A stretch of 64,000 bases of DNA. It comes from Chitinophaga pinensis (GTDB taxonomy: Bacteria > Bacteroidota > Bacteroidia > M30B66). The notes below the pieces were generated by a model, which did not search any database, was not told where the DNA came from, and worked only from the letters and a program-made list of their open reading frames with translations. The DNA is taken from the NCBI GenBank assembly GCA_945883545.1, contig CAMCXT010000008.1, forward strand, positions 7,396 through 71,395, read 5' to 3'. The translations under genes were made by a program, and so were the position numbers. Positions 49,017 through 57,742 of this stretch are shown here, in pieces. How positions within the stretch are numbered: the first letter of the stretch is position 1; each line of letters starts with the position of its first letter.

Positions 49017-49415
49017 TTAAAGACCCTCTGATAAAGGCAAAAGCACACCCTTACGCTTTACAATGTTCTTATAATCCCATTGGATTGATCTGGCTTTTTC
49101 CAACCAACGTTTCAAAGAATCTAAATCAACATCTTCCACCTGGAGATAAGCTTTTTCAGCAGCTTTAAACTTACCCTCCGACTTTAATTGCGATTCTTCA
49201 AACGATTGTCCACTCCAAAACAATAACCTTACAGAATGCTTCAGTTTACTGTATCCAACAATCGGATTCCCATCCAAAAACCAAACAGGATGCGCATGCC
49301 ACACCTTACTTTCAGCTTCAGGCAATTCAGAATAGATCGTTTGAGCCAATAGGTTACAAATGGCACGATCTGATTCCAACTGCTGGTCGTTGTAGGCTTG
49401 AATTTCAGAATTCAC
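49017..49415 (-). CDS. DUF1801 (YdhG-like) domain-containing protein
   Basis: Size and the ...W.AHPVWFLDGNPIVGYS..K..V.LLFW.G pattern. Confidence 0.55.
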   Translation of the reverse strand: MNSEIQAYNDQQLESDRAICNLLAQTIYSELPEAESKVWHAHPVWFLDGNPIVGYSKLKHSVRLLFWSGQSFEESQLKSEGKFKAAEKAYLQVEDVDLDSLKRWLEKARSIQWDYKNIVKRKGVLLPLSEGL

Positions 49416-49454
49416 GGAGATCTATTTTCAAATGTAATCAATTGTATTTTTATC

Positions 49455-49647
49455 CTCGGACTAAAGTCCGAGGCTGCGAGGAGTCCGAGGCAGCATGGAA
49501 TCCGAGGCAGCTAAGAGAAAACACAAACCTATAAAATGATCACCAACACACCCTGCAACCACGGACTTTAGTCCGTGGAAACATGGAAACAAGAACTTGT
49601 GCATTTTAAAATGGTCGCAATCGCAACCACGGTCTTTAGTCCGTGGA
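49455..49647. repeat. REP-like palindromic element cluster 1 (three full copies plus two half-sites)
   Basis: CCTCGGACTAAAGTCCGAGG (49455-49474). CCACGGACTTTAGTCCGTGG (49560-49579) and CCACGGTCTTTAGTCCGTGG (49628-49647) are in the opposite orientation. Half-sites (A)GTCCGAGGCAGC lie at ~49483 and ~49500. Confidence 0.85.
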
Positions 49648-49678
49648 AACCATGAAATTCGTGGATTTAAGACGAACC

Positions 49679-50293
49679 TTAGTGCAACCTCGATCCGATC
49701 AAGCTGATAAATTCGGCTCTGGTCTTGTCTTCTAAAAACTCACCTGTGAATGCAGAGGTTGTGGTGACACTGTTCTGCTTTTGAACACCACGCATTTGCA
49801 TACAGAGATGCTGCGCTTCAATAACAACGGCAACTCCAAGTGGTTTGAGGGTTTCCTCAATGCAATTACGGATGTCGGTCGTGAGGCGTTCCTGCACTTG
49901 TAAACGGCGCGAAAAAGCATCCACTAAACGGGGAATTTTACTCAATCCAACGATGTAACCATCAGGGATGTAAGCGATATGCGCCTTTCCGAAAAATGGC
50001 AACAAGTGATGCTCACAAAGTGAATACACTTCAATGTCTTTCACGATCACCATCTGACGGTAATCTTCGGCGAACATAGCTGATTTGAGGATTTCTGCTG
50101 GATCAATATCGTAGCCATGCGTCAAAAACTGCATCGCTTTTGCAGCGCGCTCGGGTGTTTTCAACAAGCCTTCACGAGTTACATCTTCACCCGCACCTTT
50201 CAAAATCTCTGCATACGCATCCGACATCTGCTTTGTACTTTCAGGTTCGTACGAATCGTTACGCTGATAACCCTTTTCGTTTGCCTCGTCCAT
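49679..50293 (-). CDS. folE: GTP cyclohydrolase I
   Basis: ...[19 protein letters not shown]...V.GLSK..R.V....RR.QVQERLT motif. ATG 50293 preferred over TTG 50305. Confidence 0.92.
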   Translation of the reverse strand: MDEANEKGYQRNDSYEPESTKQMSDAYAEILKGAGEDVTREGLLKTPERAAKAMQFLTHGYDIDPAEILKSAMFAEDYRQMVIVKDIEVYSLCEHHLLPFFGKAHIAYIPDGYIVGLSKIPRLVDAFSRRLQVQERLTTDIRNCIEETLKPLGVAVVIEAQHLCMQMRGVQKQNSVTTTSAFTGEFLEDKTRAEFISLIGSRLH

Positions 50294-50297
50294 TTGA

Positions 50298-50708
50298 TCA
50301 ACCAAAATATTCTACGAAATTGTTTTCTGTTTCGTACAGTTTAATGCAGTGAATTTGGCATCCATGTGCCTCAATGTGTGGAAGTAACTGCTCCCAAATC
50401 TTGATCGCCAGATTTTCTGTGGATGGCATCAAACCTTCCATGAAAGGCACGTCAAGATTTAGATTCTTGTGGTCGAGGGCTTCCACGATTTCTTCCTTAA
50501 TAATGGTACTCAGGCGTTTCAAATCGATCACAAACCCTGTGAGTGGATCCGGATTGCCTTTTACAGTAACGTATAGATCGAAATTGTGTCCGTGCCAGTT
50601 CGCATTGGCGCATTTGCCAAAAACCTCGATATTCTTCTCATCCGACCAATCGGGGCGGGCCAACTTGTGCGCAGCGTTGAAATGTTCCTTGCGGGTTAAA
50701 TAGATCAT
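50298..50708 (-). CDS. queD: 6-carboxytetrahydropterin / 6-pyruvoyl-tetrahydropterin synthase family protein
   Basis: ...FNAAHKL......E.N...FGKC.N.NWHGHN... motif, ~136 aa from ATG 50708. Stop lies 4 nt before the folE start. Confidence 0.82.
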   Translation of the reverse strand: MIYLTRKEHFNAAHKLARPDWSDEKNIEVFGKCANANWHGHNFDLYVTVKGNPDPLTGFVIDLKRLSTIIKEEIVEALDHKNLNLDVPFMEGLMPSTENLAIKIWEQLLPHIEAHGCQIHCIKLYETENNFVEYFG

Positions 50709-50795
50709 GCCTTGAATTGCAGCCGCAAAGATAGGATGCAGTTTCGATTGTTGATCCACACAACGAAATATTTGATAGAACCACACTGAAATGGG

Positions 50796-52490
50796 CTACT
50801 CCTGCTTCTCTTTCCCCGGAACCGGGCGCATAGCAAACGAAAACCCATTTTTATCTTTCAGCCACACCAAATCGGAATAGGCCTCATATTCCTTTTTGCG
50901 GTTCGTTTTAAGCACGAAATACACTGGTTTATCAATATTTCCAGATAAATACCAACTGCGCAAGGCATCAATGTGGTAATACCCTTCTGTATCTAAACAG
51001 TGATGGGCTTCTTGGGCTGAAAATCCCGGTTTACGGAAATAGAAATACTGCGCAAAGCTCTTAAAATGAAGCGTTTCCACATAAACATCGCGCCCTTGCA
51101 ACGAAGTATAAAAATCCAATGGCGCTTGTTGCGTGTACCCAGCGATTCGCTTTGGGAAACTCATCAAAAAGATCGATGTACTTAAGATTACGGGAACGAA
51201 TAACCATGTGATGGCTTGGAACCGCCGCTGGCGGAAGAAGTGCATCGCTGCTACACTGATGCCCAGAATCCAGATGAATCCCGGCAATAAATCCATCCAA
51301 TTCCAGGTCACTGCCGCTTGTAAATTCCCGACTGCGAATGAGTCCTTCAACAGGGGAAGCACCCAATCGGGATGCATACCCACCAAGGGAATTCCGATCA
51401 TAGCTAGGCCAATGATGCTTCCCACGAGGAATAAACCCGAAACTTGCCAGAAATTCCAAGCCTGCCGGCCTCTCAGGTATTCTTCCATCGAAACCGCCGC
51501 AATCGCACTCAGTGGCAGATATGCCATCGAGGAATAGTGCGCAATCTTGGTTGTAACAACCGAAAACAGGATCATCACCACCCAAAACAAGGTCTTCATC
51601 CAAAACAAGAAATCAGGATCTTCGAGCCTCGCCTGCGGATAGCGGAAAAGCGCGCGCAACGCGGGAACCGACATTGGGAAACATCCCAACAATACCACCA
51701 CAAAATGATAGAAAAACGGCTGTGCATGGCCTGCATCAGGCGTTCTAAACAAGCGGATTTGGTATTCGATAAATTCTTGCAAGAACCACGGTCCGTTCTT
51801 GATAGTTTCTGGGATGAACCAGATGCTGGTAACCAATGTGGCAGCAATGGCGCAGTAAATGAGGTGCTTGAATGCAACAATCGCTTTAAACCGCGAACTC
51901 ATCCAAAAGAAAAACACGGTGAGCAAAGGCAATAGTAAGCCTACCGGACCTTTGGTGAGTACTGCCAAACCGATGAAGATACCCGCTAAAATCGGGTGAA
52001 GATTGGCTGCACCGTCTTTGTAAGCCCTTACGGTTTTGGCGATGAACCACACCGACAAGAAGATGAAGTAGTTGAAAACCGGATCAATGATGCCCGATTT
52101 GAAATATACGTGAGGCAAAAAGCTTCCAAGCATGCAGAGCGCCCAGAGGAAACCGTAGCGGTCGGATCTTAATTCACGACCAAACTCAAACAAAGTGAGC
52201 AGCGTGATGATTCCAAAAATGGCGTTGGGAAGCCTTGCTGCAAATTCATTCACCCCGAAAATATGCATGCAAGACGCCTGCATCCAAAAGAACAAAGGTG
52301 GTTTTTCCCAGAAGGGTTGGAAATTGATTTTCACCCGGGCATAATCACCAGATACGAGCATTTCGCGGGCTGATTCTGCAAAGTTGATTTCATCCCAATC
52401 GAACAGAGGCGCCGCACCCAAAAATGGGAGGAAGAGCAGTGCGCCGAGGATGAACAAGAGCATCCTGTAATGACTGGTTTGCAGGTTCAT
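50796..52490 (-). CDS. ArnT/PMT-like (GT39/GT83-type) membrane glycosyltransferase
   Basis: Polytopic. N-terminal ...APLFDWDEINFAESAREM...YARVKINFQPFWEKPPLFFW loop motif typical of the family. ATG 52490 gives an ATGA overlap with the upstream PAP2 gene. Confidence 0.78.
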   Translation of the reverse strand: MNLQTSHYRMLLFILGALLFLPFLGAAPLFDWDEINFAESAREMLVSGDYARVKINFQPFWEKPPLFFWMQASCMHIFGVNEFAARLPNAIFGIITLLTLFEFGRELRSDRYGFLWALCMLGSFLPHVYFKSGIIDPVFNYFIFLSVWFIAKTVRAYKDGAANLHPILAGIFIGLAVLTKGPVGLLLPLLTVFFFWMSSRFKAIVAFKHLIYCAIAATLVTSIWFIPETIKNGPWFLQEFIEYQIRLFRTPDAGHAQPFFYHFVVVLLGCFPMSVPALRALFRYPQARLEDPDFLFWMKTLFWVVMILFSVVTTKIAHYSSMAYLPLSAIAAVSMEEYLRGRQAWNFWQVSGLFLVGSIIGLAMIGIPLVGMHPDWVLPLLKDSFAVGNLQAAVTWNWMDLLPGFIWILGISVAAMHFFRQRRFQAITWLFVPVILSTSIFLMSFPKRIAGYTQQAPLDFYTSLQGRDVYVETLHFKSFAQYFYFRKPGFSAQEAHHCLDTEGYYHIDALRSWYLSGNIDKPVYFVLKTNRKKEYEAYSDLVWLKDKNGFSFAMRPVPGKEKQE

Positions 52491-53137
52491 CGTTTCTGAA
52501 TGAAAGGTAAATTGGCCTGAAGTGGGAATCTTTTTTGGAACACGTTGTAAAGGTACAAAGATGCCGGAATGGTGCACATGCCTAAGAAAGCACCAGCAAG
52601 CACATCAGCTGGAAAATGCTGAAACAGAGCGATTCGTGAAATCCCTGCCAAGCATGCAAGCGTGGCGAAGACGACTTTCCTCGTTTTAGCGACCGACAGC
52701 CAAGCAAGCAAGCCAAACACTCCAAAAGCTGTTGTAGTGTGGCCCGACGGCATGCTGTTGTGGGCATGGGGCTTTATCCCACCGGGGATTTCAAGCGTAA
52801 GATCGTGTTGCTCGAACCATAAAACAGGGCGCGGCTCGTCTTTAAAGACTGTGTGTTTCAATCCTTGCGCAAGAGCTGCACCAAGAAGCCAGCTGAGTAA
52901 AACAGCTGCTGCGAGAGATCTATTTTGAAACAGGGCGATGAGAACAACAAGCGAGGCTGCGAAGATTCCGTCGCCAACGAAAGTGATCACCTGCCATGCG
53001 GAGGTGGGCAGCGGAAGCAGTTGGTTCCAGAAGAGGAAGGCATCGGCTTTTTTGAACAATAGCAAGGAAATAGCGAGGCCAACTGTGGCGATCAGAAGGG
53101 GAATGATGGTGGCCAATTGATTTTTCGAACCTTGCAT
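52487..53137 (-). CDS. PAP2-family membrane phosphatase (LpxE/LpxF-like candidate)
   Basis: Tripartite PAP2 motif KHTVFKDEPRP ... PSGHT ... SRIALFQHFPADV. Start is uncertain (53137 or further upstream, to 53227). Confidence 0.78.
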   Translation of the reverse strand: MQGSKNQLATIIPLLIATVGLAISLLLFKKADAFLFWNQLLPLPTSAWQVITFVGDGIFAASLVVLIALFQNRSLAAAVLLSWLLGAALAQGLKHTVFKDEPRPVLWFEQHDLTLEIPGGIKPHAHNSMPSGHTTTAFGVFGLLAWLSVAKTRKVVFATLACLAGISRIALFQHFPADVLAGAFLGMCTIPASLYLYNVFQKRFPLQANLPFIQKR

Positions 53138-53235
53138 GGGTGCAAAGGTAAAGGCTTCTTTGAAAAATAATACTTTCATAAAACCCTGACTGATTGACAC
53201 TTTTGATTTTACCTTAGAAAAAAGCATGAATAACG

Positions 53236-53265
53236 TTTGCTAAAAACACTTTTCAATTATATTTG
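53236..53265 (+). promoter_or_regulatory. Bacteroidota sigma-A type promoter for the tRNA gene (TTTG-N18-TATATTTG)
   Basis: TTTG at 53236-53239 and an exact TAnnTTTG at 53258-53265, 11 nt before the mature tRNA 5' end. Confidence 0.45.
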
Positions 53266-53276
53266 CAGCCCATTTT

Positions 53277-53350
53277 GGCGGGGTAGCTCAGATGGTTAGA
53301 GCGCAGGATTCATAACCCTGAGGTCACGGGTTCAACTCCCGTCCCCGCTA
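53277..53350 (+). tRNA. tRNA with CAT anticodon (elongator Met, or Ile2 if lysidine-modified)
   Basis: Hand-folded 74-nt cloverleaf: GGCGGGG/CCCCGCT acceptor (G1-U72), D arm GCTC-AGATGGTTA-GAGC, anticodon loop TTCATAA, T arm ACGGG-TTCAACT-CCCGT. The paired 1-72 position argues against an initiator. Confidence 0.85.
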
Positions 53351-53357
53351 CAAGAAA

Positions 53358-53388
53358 CCTCCTGAATTTCAGGGGGTTTTTGTTTTTT
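53358..53388 (+). terminator. Rho-independent terminator after the tRNA
   Basis: CCTCCTG-AATTT-CAGGGGG hairpin followed by TTTTTGTTTTTT. Confidence 0.65.
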
Positions 53389-53561
53389 ATAGCTGTGGGA
53401 ATTGAAAGAAGGAAAATCTAGAACAACAATTTAGAAAGTTGGGTTGGGATGTGTTGGGGTTGGTTTTTACATGAGAGCCCTTCTCTATCTAAATGATAGT
53501 TTGATGAGAGACGAAATGCTTACAATAACAAATCCCACCTGAAGGATAAATAAATCCAATT

Positions 53562-54029
53562 ATGGCTACAGAAATAGAACACAAGTTTTTAGTTTTCAAA
53601 AACATTTGGAAAAAAGTAATTCCAGACAAAAGTGTTGAAATCAAACAAGCCTATTTGCTAACTGATCCTGAAAAAACAATTCGGGTCAGAACAAAAGGTA
53701 ATTCTGGTTTTATAACGATTAAAGGTAAGTCTAATGGTGCCATCAGACTTGAATTCGAGTATGAAATACCCATTGAAGATGCAAATGAATTAATCAATAA
53801 ATTTTGTTCCAATCTAATTGAAAAGACAAGACACATTGTAATTCATGACGATAACACTTGGGAAGTAGATGAGTTCAAAGGGCTCAATGAAGGATTAATT
53901 GTTGCAGAAATAGAATTAACATGTGAAGACGAGAAATATTCAATACCCAATTGGATCGACAAGAATGTAACAGAAGACCTTAGGTATGCTAACTCTAATT
54001 TAACAATCAAACCTTTTACTACTTGGTAA
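53562..54029 (+). CDS. CYTH-domain protein (triphosphate tunnel metalloenzyme / class IV cyclase-like)
   Basis: N-terminal EIEHKFLV (ExExK) signature, ...IRVR..G....TIKG..., ...WEVDEF.G.N.GL.VAEIEL, 155 aa. Confidence 0.85.
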   Translation: MATEIEHKFLVFKNIWKKVIPDKSVEIKQAYLLTDPEKTIRVRTKGNSGFITIKGKSNGAIRLEFEYEIPIEDANELINKFCSNLIEKTRHIVIHDDNTWEVDEFKGLNEGLIVAEIELTCEDEKYSIPNWIDKNVTEDLRYANSNLTIKPFTTW

Positions 54030-54191
54030 ACTTGGATTATAGTTAATTCTTGGTAAAGAGAAAAATTCAAGCTATAAATCTTAATCATATTTAATAAAAT
54101 AAAAAGAGGTAGTCACATCAAAATTTAAATGCTTTTATATTAGCAACAAGACTCGTGACTCAATAAAACGTCAAGAACAACGCACTTGGAA

Positions 54192-54611
54192 TCAGCCCCT
54201 CAAAACCATTTCAGTCACATTCTTTAACTTAATGTTGTAGAAATTAAAATCATCCAAGCTAGGCACTTCTTCTTCGATGATATCGATAACGCAATCTTTT
54301 AAAGGAATTGACTCGAATAACAATGAGAAGACACGCCAATCCTCCGTTGATTCAAATTCGAATTGTTGTGGGGCAAGGGGAATATTTATCGCTTCTTTTA
54401 AGGCATATTTTTTCTTGCTGCCATGCACTTGAATATGAGTATATGGGGCAATGCGAATCCAACCACCACGATCATACATCCAAGGTGCTATGTATCCAAA
54501 ATCAATTTTAATGTATTGCGCTCCCATGAGAACACGAAGAATTTTCGGATTCTTTATGATCAGTTCACTAGCATCTACATTAACTAAATAAACATCCTCC
54601 GTTTTTTTCAT
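54192..54611 (-). CDS. Small protein of unknown function, paralogue family member A (translationally coupled to the WYL regulator)
   Basis: 139-aa ORF. Its ATG overlaps the WYL gene stop (TAATG). Clearly alignable with 55771-56163 and 655-1062. Confidence 0.6.
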   Translation of the reverse strand: MKKTEDVYLVNVDASELIIKNPKILRVLMGAQYIKIDFGYIAPWMYDRGGWIRIAPYTHIQVHGSKKKYALKEAINIPLAPQQFEFESTEDWRVFSLLFESIPLKDCVIDIIEEEVPSLDDFNFYNIKLKNVTEMVLRG

Positions 54612-55675
54612 TATGCTAAATTTTCAGTGAATTCCTTAAACCATTTGGGTTTTACAATTTTAACATGTCTGCCTTGGGATAAAAAGTACCTAGCAAGCTC
54701 GACAGATGCAATAATCTCAAAGCGAATAAAAGAAGTGCCTTCGTTTTCCTTCTCAATTGTTTGACTTTCATGCAGCGGATATGCTTGGAAATAATGAGTT
54801 CCTAATTGACTAACATGAATCTGAATGAGCTCCTTTTTAGCACCAGGTATTGGAAACACACCAAATACATCATTTAGATAAGAATGCACTAATTGTGGGT
54901 CGATGAAGTGATAGTTCCGATTAATAAATAAGGGCTCTGTTACTCGATCTAATCCAAATGTCCGAATCTCATCGTGGAGCTCAGAATAACCAATAACATA
55001 CCATCGATTTTCAAATTCTTTAATTAGAAAGGGATGAAGGAGTATATGATTAAAGGTGCGTTTTTTATAAGAAAAATGAATGAATGATAATGGAATCTTT
55101 TCACGACAAGCTTTGTAAATCAACTCAATATGTTCAAATCCACGTGAAGTTGGAGGAATCATCGTTTGAATAACAGGCTCCTTGTTTTCATCAACATTGG
55201 CTTTTTCTAATGTTGATGAGAGTATCTTTTCAACAGCATGGTTGAATTTATCGCTCATCCGAGTTCCTCCAATAGACCTGATGATATTAATGGCTTCGCT
55301 GATTGCATCAATTTCTTCCTGCCTTAACGAAACTCCTAAAAGGGAATATTCGGAATCCGTATACTCATATCCCCTTTCAGCTCGATTGTATCTTATAGGC
55401 GCATCAAATCCATCGGGATAAGGCAATCGCATATTCGCAATGTCCTTTTGAATCGTTTCTTCTGAAGGATAAAAATCAAGTTTGGAATGGCAAGCCTCCA
55501 TAAAGTCTACCATTTTGGGATAGCGATTCATAGAATTCCGAAGAACACTATCTATCACTTTGTACCGACGAAATGCACTTTTACTAAGGTTCACAGATTT
55601 TTTTTCGAAAAATAACAAATTATTTCCACTCCGTACAAATAATACGGAGTTCATATTGTCCTTTGTTTCATCCAA
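54611..55675 (-). CDS. WYL-domain transcriptional regulator (N-terminal HTH, central WYL, C-terminal extension)
   Basis: ...LSKSAFRRYKVIDSVLRN... N-terminal HTH-type segment. WYL core ...ILLHPFLIKEFENRWYVIGYSELHDEIRTFGLDRV... The start may be ATG 55654. Confidence 0.8.
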   Translation of the reverse strand: MDETKDNMNSVLFVRSGNNLLFFEKKSVNLSKSAFRRYKVIDSVLRNSMNRYPKMVDFMEACHSKLDFYPSEETIQKDIANMRLPYPDGFDAPIRYNRAERGYEYTDSEYSLLGVSLRQEEIDAISEAINIIRSIGGTRMSDKFNHAVEKILSSTLEKANVDENKEPVIQTMIPPTSRGFEHIELIYKACREKIPLSFIHFSYKKRTFNHILLHPFLIKEFENRWYVIGYSELHDEIRTFGLDRVTEPLFINRNYHFIDPQLVHSYLNDVFGVFPIPGAKKELIQIHVSQLGTHYFQAYPLHESQTIEKENEGTSFIRFEIIASVELARYFLSQGRHVKIVKPKWFKEFTENLA

Positions 55676-55695
55676 AATTTCTCATTGTGGAAACC

Positions 55696-55721
55696 ATCAT
55701 CGAAAAGATCATCGAAAAAAG
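55696..55721. promoter_or_regulatory. Tandem direct repeat ATCATCGAAAAG / ATCATCGAAAAAAG in the divergent promoter region, candidate operator
   Basis: Two adjacent copies between the WYL gene start and ATG 55771. No functional evidence. Confidence 0.2.
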
Positions 55722-55770
55722 TGTTCAAGAAAAGCAAACAAGGATAACTCGCCTATACAATCCAGCATGT

Positions 55771-56163
55771 ATGGATTTTACAAATAGGCATAGAGTTAAA
55801 TCAATTGAAGCTACTGAAGAATACACACGCATCGACTTTATATACCGCTCTTCCATGATTTATATCAATGGAGGCTGGATCCAGATGGCTCAAGGTGCAT
55901 ATATTCAACTAGTTGGATCAAAGAAGCGATATGGTTTAATTAAAGCTATCGGGATCCCAATCACTCCTCAAAAGCACTACTTCACAAGACAAGGAGAATT
56001 CCATACTTACACGCTCATTTATGAAGCTGTTCCAAAAAACACTTCCAAAATTGACATCATTGAAAAGAAAGACGGAAAAGATTGCTTCAATTTTTATAAT
56101 GTGGACTTTTCTAAATGGATGACTATTCCACATGCTGCTGATTTGGCTATTTCAAACAATTAA
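55771..56163 (+). CDS. Small protein of unknown function, paralogue family member B
   Basis: ATG 55771 gives 130 aa, the same size class as A. The track ORF starts at TTG 55663 and would overlap the WYL gene start. Shared motifs: GGWI, GSKK(K/R)Y.L..AI.IP..PQ, (F/Y)E(S/A)(I/V)P, IDIIE, FNFYN. Confidence 0.6.
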   Translation: MDFTNRHRVKSIEATEEYTRIDFIYRSSMIYINGGWIQMAQGAYIQLVGSKKRYGLIKAIGIPITPQKHYFTRQGEFHTYTLIYEAVPKNTSKIDIIEKKDGKDCFNFYNVDFSKWMTIPHAADLAISNN

Positions 56164-56165
56164 TT

Positions 56166-56666
56166 ATGAACCTCAATTTACTTAAAGAAAACATACTTGA
56201 GACTAAATTGAATCTGTTAAGAATTCAATTAGAAAAACAAACTGCTATAAAGGACCTGCAGTATGAAAAGGCGGCTAACTTAAGAGAGCAAGAAAAGCAG
56301 ATCCGTGAGCACATTGAAAATTTGAAATCTGTAGTTATAAAATCTATTCATACTTTAAAAGTCGAACACGGAAGTATTGCCGATTTTATCCTATTACAAG
56401 CACTATTACTTGAGTTTCATTCTATTGATTTTCTAAATGATTGCTCATATACACAATCAATAGAAGTTATCGAAAATTACATGAATTGCTACTGGAGAAT
56501 CAGAGAGCAAATGCAAGATGATCTGATGAAATTCTTGTGTGATGAATACCAATATTTAAGAGTTCAAATTCGTAATTTCAACAACGAATCAGACACATTT
56601 AATGCGCAAGAGGCGATATCACGTCTTACATCAATTAGCGATATCATAAATAGGCATTCGAATTAA
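56166..56666 (+). CDS. Coiled-coil protein with N-terminal UVR-like motif
   Basis: AIKDLQYEKAANLREQEKQI resembles the UVR motif (compare FMEAARLRDEL in uvrB of this window). Starts 2 nt after the stop of paralogue B. Confidence 0.5.
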   Translation: MNLNLLKENILETKLNLLRIQLEKQTAIKDLQYEKAANLREQEKQIREHIENLKSVVIKSIHTLKVEHGSIADFILLQALLLEFHSIDFLNDCSYTQSIEVIENYMNCYWRIREQMQDDLMKFLCDEYQYLRVQIRNFNNESDTFNAQEAISRLTSISDIINRHSN

Positions 56667-56859
56667 TTGGTTCTGGAAACAGGAAAAGGACCTGATAAAA
56701 TAAAAAATGCATAAAAACGGTTTACTTCAGTGACTTTGTAAAGCGAGGGCAATTGAAGTTCAAAAAAGATCCGACAGCTTAGAAGTATTTATCTCCAAAT
56801 TCTCATTTCAGAGAGATTTAACAAACAACATCAGGCACAGGAAAGAAAAATCAATTTAA

Positions 56860-56891
56860 AATCTGATGCTTAAAAATGGGTGCATCAGATT
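56860..56891 (+). terminator. Hairpin (10-bp stem) downstream of the cassette, weak terminator candidate
   Basis: AATCTGATGC-N12-GCATCAGATT. No clean U tract follows. Confidence 0.3.
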
Positions 56892-56943
56892 CTATTATTT
56901 CAGGTTCTTTATATTTACATGACAAAAATAAATAATAGACTCC

Positions 56944-57285
56944 ATGAAAATTTCTAATTCTGAAATGACTCATAAAATCGCTTACAACACTTTGGTGATT
57001 TTATTGATTACTGCAATTTCATTTGTTGTCTCATCGATTTTGTATTATGGTTGTTACTATGTATCATACTTTTTTGACTGGAAATTTGAGCTAAGCTATT
57101 GGCTTTATTGGGTTATCACTGAATCAATTCTGTTGATTTATTATATAAAAACAACCATCTCATCTAAAGAAAAAAAAGGACTCCTGTCAAAAGCAGGAAG
57201 ACACTATGAGGATACAAATTGGATGTCATCGCATGTCGATAGTGATTATTGGGATCCACCAACTGATTATTACGATAGGCCTTAG
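56944..57285 (+). CDS. Small membrane protein (2 TM), unknown function
   Basis: 113-aa ORF with two hydrophobic helices. Confidence 0.45.
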   Translation: MKISNSEMTHKIAYNTLVILLITAISFVVSSILYYGCYYVSYFFDWKFELSYWLYWVITESILLIYYIKTTISSKEKKGLLSKAGRHYEDTNWMSSHVDSDYWDPPTDYYDRP

Positions 57286-57361
57286 TAATTGATCGTCGGA
57301 TAGAGTACATACTCTGATTTTAACAATAGTCGATTCTGAAATCAACTAGATAATTTATAGG

Positions 57362-57481
57362 ATCAGCGCAGAGTTGAATGAAGCATTTGCTTGGCAATTT
57401 TCTCTTGGCTATGCAACTGTTACAAACAGCAATAGATATAAGTCCCTGCAAAACTATGTTCGCGCCATTCGCAGGTTTTAA
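57362..57481 (+). pseudogene. Orphan C-terminal fragment resembling a DUF1566/Lcl-C-terminal-type domain
   Basis: ISAELNEAFAWQFSLGYATVTNSNRYKSLQNYVRAIRRF-stop, with no start codon and a stop just upstream. The A.W...F..G.......N.....YVRA(I/V)R ending is typical of that domain as I remember it. Confidence 0.3.
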
Positions 57482-57742
57482 TGAAATCAAGTAGAGTTTA
57501 ATAAGATTCCAAACCCTCCCATCCTTTTTACTAAAACTTTATCCGTGGATCTCAATCAGCTCTGCTACCACTTGCCTCAAACTTTGCACTTTCATATTCA
57601 CAAACTCTCGTGAATAGTTCTTAATAAAACAATAATTCACAAAGGGTAATTCGATCGATTTTGCAGTATAAATTTGCTGCGCACACACTAAAATGTTCAA
57701 GCGAACATTCTAGGTGGTGAATCATTGATAACGAAAACCTGC

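Noticed and set aside
49455-49474. Resemblance of GGACTAAAGTCCGAGG to the RNase P RNA GAGGAAAGUCCGGGC region
   Set aside because: The sequence is a perfect short palindrome present in six copies in both orientations, with none of the other RNase P conserved regions around it.
51061-51935. Long ORFs 51061-51603(-), 51133-51537(+), 51444-51935(+) and 51596-51880(-) from the track
   Set aside because: All lie inside the strongly supported ArnT-like membrane protein gene, in other frames or antisense. Their translations are Arg/Cys/His-rich with no motifs, which is typical of shadow ORFs.
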